This document shows, piece after piece, positions 58,605 to 64,000 of a stretch of 64,000 bases of DNA. Below the pieces are notes generated by a model. It was not told where the DNA came from and did no database searches. It saw only the letters and a program-made list of their open reading frames with translations. The DNA comes from the human T2T-CHM13v2.0 reference genome, Homo sapiens. The translations under genes and the position numbers were made by a program. The stretch is from NCBI RefSeq assembly GCF_009914755.1, contig NC_060930.1; one strand, written 5' to 3'. Positions within the stretch are counted from its first letter, which is position 1. Each line of letters opens with the position of its first letter.

Positions 58605-60189
58605 TTGGGCTATCATTTTTATCCACAGGTGCATCTGTGACCCCCACCCCTCTCCAGGAGCCCCTGACACTATCTGGGGTCTGAGCTGAGCCATTTGAGC
58701 TGGGGTGGGCAGTGTCCACCTCCAGAAATCAGGCCAGTACTGCAGAAGGCAGGCCCCCAGTCTCTTCTTCATTCAGCAAGCGTGTATTGACAGCCCACTG
58801 CATGCCGTTGCTGAGTGCAGCCTCCTCTCCTTAAGAGTAAATCAGATCTCCTCAACCCTCTTCCAGGATGCTCCTTTCCCGCATCCCTGTATGCCAACTC
58901 CCACCCCAAACCAAGAAATATTCATAAAGCAAGGGTCTGCCTCGGATAAGAGCTGTGGTCCGGAGAGAGACCCCTGAACAGGCTACAAATTTTTTTGATT
59001 CTGCCTCCCAAACGCCCAATGTCCCAGTCCCCTCTCTTTGGGGGCCCAGGCCTTGACATCTCTGGCAGGTCATAATATAACAATGGTCACCCCATACTGG
59101 ATACTTACCGTGTACCAGGTATATGATGATAAACATTTATATGATGGTTTTAATTCTTATGATACTTCTGGGGTAGAAACTATCCTCATTTTACAGATTA
59201 GGACATTGAGGTTCTGAAGCCTACATAAACTGACCACAGTCACATGGCTAGTAAGCAGCACAGCCTAGATTCAAAATGCAGCTCACCCACCTGGGTGGAG
59301 GGCAGAGGCAACACTTGTCCTTGAGGAGTGGGAATTTGGGAAACCCTTGCAGGGGAGGCCAGGCCAGGGCAGTGTTCATCCTTTTCAGGTGAGGTCTGGG
59401 CCTCATGGTGCCCTCTGCTGGCCATAAACACACCCCCACACCAGCTGAGGCGGCCATGTTCCTAGCACCCCAAGGACCACTCATGCTCCCACAACGTGGC
59501 TCGGGGCAGCCATAGCCTGAGACAAGGATTTCCTCACAGCTCGGCTGAAATTCCTCCTTGGCCCTTGCTGTGTCCCACTGCCCCATGACTGAGGTGGGAA
59601 TAGGGTGCAGAGGGGGATGCCTTGGCTGCTCAGAGGCACTGAACCGTGGCACCCCAGCCCATCAGGGATCCAGGGTGTCTCGATTGTTGACCAGGGCTGG
59701 GGCTTGGTGCAGGTGAACATGGCCCCTGCAGGGCTTCTTTCCTTAGGCCCCAAGGCAGACACAGTCCCCCTGTTTTCTCAGGCTTCTCCCTCACAGCCCA
59801 GCAGGAGGAATTTCTAGGATTTGGCTCCAGAGCCCCAGACTGGATCTTGGGAGGAAGGACCACAGGAATTAAACTAGGCCCTACTAGGGCTCTGGCTCCA
59901 CTCCTCCATGCACTTGCAGCCTGGTTCCTGGGTGGTGTCACCCCTGGCCTGGACACCATCCATTCCCTCATCTACTCCATAACCGTCTGCTGTGACCAGC
60001 AGGGAGTGTGTGGGGGCAAAAGAGTCTAAGGAAAAGGACAGAAGAGAGGTCAACTACAGCCAACACAGCTCTGAGTCTGAGGAGGGGTCTTCTTGGTCAG
60101 AGATCCTTGCAGAAGGAGTTGGGGCAAAAAGTAGGCTTTGAGGGAGCAACAGATAAGGTCCAACGTTTCACTCCTTTGATAACCTCAGC

Positions 60190-61100
60190 CAGTGCTGAGG
60201 CTTTAAATTCCATCTCCGAGGACTCCCCCACCCCGCCCCCTGAGCTGCAGCCTTGTATATCCACGCTGCCAGCCCAGCCCAGCCCCTTCCTTGGATGCCT
60301 GCTGAGCATCTCACACTGAACAAGTCCAAAAAGAATTCCTGATTTCTCCCCTCAAGTCTGCTCCCCATGTGGTCCTGCCTCTTAGCTAACAGTAACTTGT
60401 CAATCTAGTAAGTAGATCTTAGTTGCTTGGGCCCAAATCTCAGGGGTTGTTTCTCTCTCTCTGCTCATCCTCTACATCTAACCCATCAGCAAATACTGTT
60501 GGCTCCACTTTCAGAATGTAATGAGGATCCAACCACTTCTCACATCCTTCGCTGTCACTCCCCAGGAACCACCTTACTAGTTTATCTGCATCTACCCTTT
60601 CCCCTACAGTTTATCCTCAACATGGCAGCTAGGGGAATTCCAGATGTGCTCCTCCCTCTGCTCACAAACCTGCAATGGCTCCCATCTCACCCAGGGTGAA
60701 AGCCAAGGCCACTTCAGTCACCTCAAAGCCCCATACAAGCTGATCTCTTCAGCGCTCTGACCTCATCTCCTGCCCCACCCAGGACCTCTGCACCCGCTGC
60801 GCTCTGCCTGGAGATTCGTTCCCACTCAAGGTATTCACAAGGCTTAGTCTCGGCGTGTTAGTTAAGGCTTCCCCAACTGTCCCGTATCAAATAGTTATCC
60901 TCTCTTCCTCATCAGAACTCCTATCCTTTTTCTCCATAGTACCTGTCACGTCCTGACACACTATATTTGTGTTCCTTGTCTGTCTACTACAACTAGAACA
61001 CAGCTCCATGACGGCAGGGGTTTTTCTTTTTTGGTTACTGCTATATCCCAAGCACCTGGAATAGTGCCTAGCACATAAATGATGTTCAATAAGTGAATGA
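60190..61100 (+). mobile_element. LINE-2 3' fragment
   Basis: L2 motifs catcagcaaatactgttggctccactttcag and ctgctcacaaacctgcaatggctcccat, and the 3' end gcacctggaatagtgcctagcacataaatgatgttcaataagtgaatgaa. Confidence 0.7.
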
Positions 61101-63139
61101 ATTAACTAAGTGCCAAGAGGCAAGGGTGGCAGAGCTCTCCCAGGCCGGGCTGGGGCAGTAACTGGGAAGCCCCTATTCCCTGAGGCACTGATCTCCTTTC
61201 AGCCTCTCCAGTACACTGCCCTCTCCCATCTTCCTGCAGGCTGTTTCCTCCAGCCCTGTCCCATCCTCCCATTCTTCAGGTCTCAGCTTCAGTGTCATTT
61301 CCTCAGAGAAGTCTCCCAGACAGCCTTGGACTAAGTTAAGGTCTCCTACTCCATGCTCCCCAAAGCAGCTTTACTGCCACTTGTAAGGAGTCCAGACACT
61401 TAGAGGTGTTAGTTGCTCACAAACTGAGCACCAGGCTTATCTGCTCTTGATTGCCTCATCTGGACGGCTGTGGATTAAATGAGGTGATTCATATAAATAA
61501 ATTGTTGAATAGGAATTGGCCAATAATGGTCAGGCAATATTGCCACAATTACAGTGGATACTCAGACATTTGTTGTTTGTGACAGAAGGGCAGCACACCA
61601 GAAATCATGGTTAAGCCAAAAAATCACAGCCTGAATCAACCCTGGGAAATGCTGGGGAACCACTGCCCACATTTTAAACAATACTGTTCCCGGTGACTTT
61701 GGCTCCTTCAAGTCCTAGTGGGCCTGGCCAACACACCCCTGGCTAACGTCCCACAGCCTGGGTGGATTCTGCGGGGTGGGGTGGGGGTTGGACCTCCCAT
61801 GTGTTTGGAGGACCAGCAGCATCCATGGGAGCTTGCTAGAAATGCAGCATCTTGCTCCCTTCCCTAAGACCTGTTAAATCAGAATCCACATTTTCACACA
61901 TTCAAGATTGGAAAGCATTTCCCCAGATCACAGTGTCTCAGAACTAAGGGCTAAAAAGGATATATATATGTATGTATTTTTTAAGTTTCAGGTTCTGGTT
62001 TCTATACTAATACATCTTCAGTCAGTCATGCTCACTGGCCAGAATCCATTCTCTGAACACCCTTGACCACCAAACTCACATATATTCTTTCCTATCTCTA
62101 AGCAGTCTTGCCTGTTCCTTCCCCATTTCCAAAATCTGGGGCTGCCATGAGTGCCCTCAGTGCCTGTTCTCTTGGCAATCAGACAGGGCTGGGCACCAGG
62201 TGATGTCGGGGAAATGGTTGGGTCACAGCAAGCAGGTGGCCTTCTCAGGAACCTGCGTGAGAAGGGCCTGAGGGAGAGGCCTTCTCAGGAACAGGGTGGG
62301 AAGCACCCAGACACAACCTGAGCTGAGGCACAGAGGAGACTTGAGAGTGCCTGTTTGCTCTGCCAGAAGGGTTGGGCCCAGACCACTGCAATTGCTTCCC
62401 TGCCATCTCCCAAACTCAGCTGAGAGCCCCCTCCCTGTCACCCAGCCCCCGTGGGAATGGCTCAGGCCAGGAGCTACCATCAAACTAGCTCCTTTCTCCC
62501 AGGGCCTGGTGACTCCTTGACAGGTTACAGCCCCAAAGACAAACAGATTCTGCCAAGCAAATAACTGTTCAGCAGTGGGGGTGTTGGGGAAGGCCTAGGA
62601 GTGGGTCTGAAGCTGCCAGAAGAAGACCCAGGTGAAGTGGGGGGTGGGCTCCCCTGCAGAGAACAAACAGCTGTGGGCACCTGGAAAGAAGCACGATGCA
62701 GGTACACTGTCACGGGTGAGGGCACTCACCCCAGGGGTCTGTGGGCCAGTCTCCCAGGCTCTTTCACTCTGGGCTCTGTATCAGGCTGCTCCCTGAGAAA
62801 GAAGAGTCTTGCATGCAGGCCCTTGGGGGCAGGGAACCAAACAATGCTTGCTGGCTGATCAGCTAACTTGGCTGATTTTCTTTGTGCTGGAGATACAGGT
62901 CATTTGGAGGCAGTTTCCTTACCTTCCTGGTCACTGGGCACCAGAAAGGGCAGGAGACCCCATTATAAACCCAGGACTAATTTCCCAAACATATAATGAA
63001 CCTCAGGGTCTCAGTTTTCCCATCTGCAAAAGGGAAAGGCCCAGAGACCAAACAGTACACATCACAGAGCCATTATGGGGCCACACAAGTTTACAGGAGG
63101 CTTGAGGGTGCAATAAAACTCACCAACACACATGAAAAC

Positions 63140-64000
63140 AGCTTTTTTTGGTGTGTGTGTTAATTTAATCATACAAATATTCATTTATACAATAAGGAAA
63201 AACCTCCTCATCTTTATCTCCTCCTAGGCACCATGAGGCCCCACCACAAACATCCAGCTGGCTTTCTACACACACCACTGTCCAGGTGGGAAGGGCAGCC
63301 ACTGCTGCTCCTGCATTCACCCAAGGAAACAAAGGAAAGGTGCGGCGAGGCAGGGTGGGGTGAGTAATCAGCTTGCACTTCTGAGCCCTGGCAACCCTAC
63401 CATCCTCTCCTGCTGGGCTCAGATTGAATTTGGGGAGGTATTTATTCTCATGCCCATTTCCCACCATGGCCACCCTCAGGCCACACCAGCTGTTTGGTGA
63501 GGTTCTCTCCAGGCTGGAAGTAACTTTGATGGGCTTAAGGTTACAGCCAGTCCTTATGGGGGAGAGAAGGCTGACTGCTTCTTGTAGAAAAATGCCCCAA
63601 ATTCAACTGTCCTCACGGCAAAAAGAAAAAAAGCATGCACACGTGCACATCCATCCACACACACACACCTCACTCCATGCACACTGACAGATTCTTCCCA
63701 AGTCTGAACCCCTCTGTCTCCCCAACTGGGTTCAGACCCTATCACCTAACCATGGTGTCTGCCTCACCTCCTGGGTGCCAGACGCAGGTGGTCCTGCCCA
63801 GAGGTGGCCTGCCACTTGGTGAAGATTCTAAGAGGAGCAGGGACTATTGGGGCTGAGAGGTAGCCACTACCACCCCACTAGGCAGGGGAGCAGAGAGGGG
63901 CCCTAGGCATTGCTCTGAACCCATACCAGTGAGGGGAGAGAGAATGAATGATACTGATACCCTCCCTGGGCTGGGGAAGCCATGGACCCCTCTGCCTGCA
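63140..64000 (-). other. ILRUN: 3'UTR end of a minus-strand gene continuing beyond the window (probably ILRUN/C6orf106)
   Basis: Minus-strand ATTAAA at 63169-63164 with upstream UGUA elements and a GU-rich downstream element; repeat-free. Identity rests on the recalled gene order PACSIN1-SPDEF-ILRUN; no coding sequence is in the window. Confidence 0.65.

Overview
Human genomic DNA; the gene order matches chromosome 6p21.31 (recalled, not looked up). It contains: (1) PACSIN1/syndapin-1 on +, with all 9 coding exons (CDS 2155..8379, 444 aa, F-BAR, two NPF motifs, SH3) and a ~2.7 kb 3'UTR ending near 11072; its non-coding first exon lies upstream of the window. (2) The complete SPDEF/PDEF ETS-factor gene on -, convergent with PACSIN1 (promoter ~32200, six exons, 335 aa, poly(A) near 13651). 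(3) A ~30 kb Alu/L2/MIR-rich intergenic stretch holding an IFITM3-type processed pseudogene that has kept its ISRE, and an isolated alpha-satellite monomer. (4) Probably the 3' end of ILRUN/C6orf106 on -. Nearly all other entries in the ORF track are GC-rich, antisense or Alu-derived noise. Best leads: the lone old-type alpha-satellite monomer in euchromatin; an Alu and the IFITM retrocopy sharing one triplicated target site, with a transposed ISRE; a MER1B flanked by a 61-bp duplication; a stop-free, circularisable SPDEF exon 2; and an in-frame uORF or N-terminal extension in each gene. No novel multi-gene system can be demonstrated from sequence alone.
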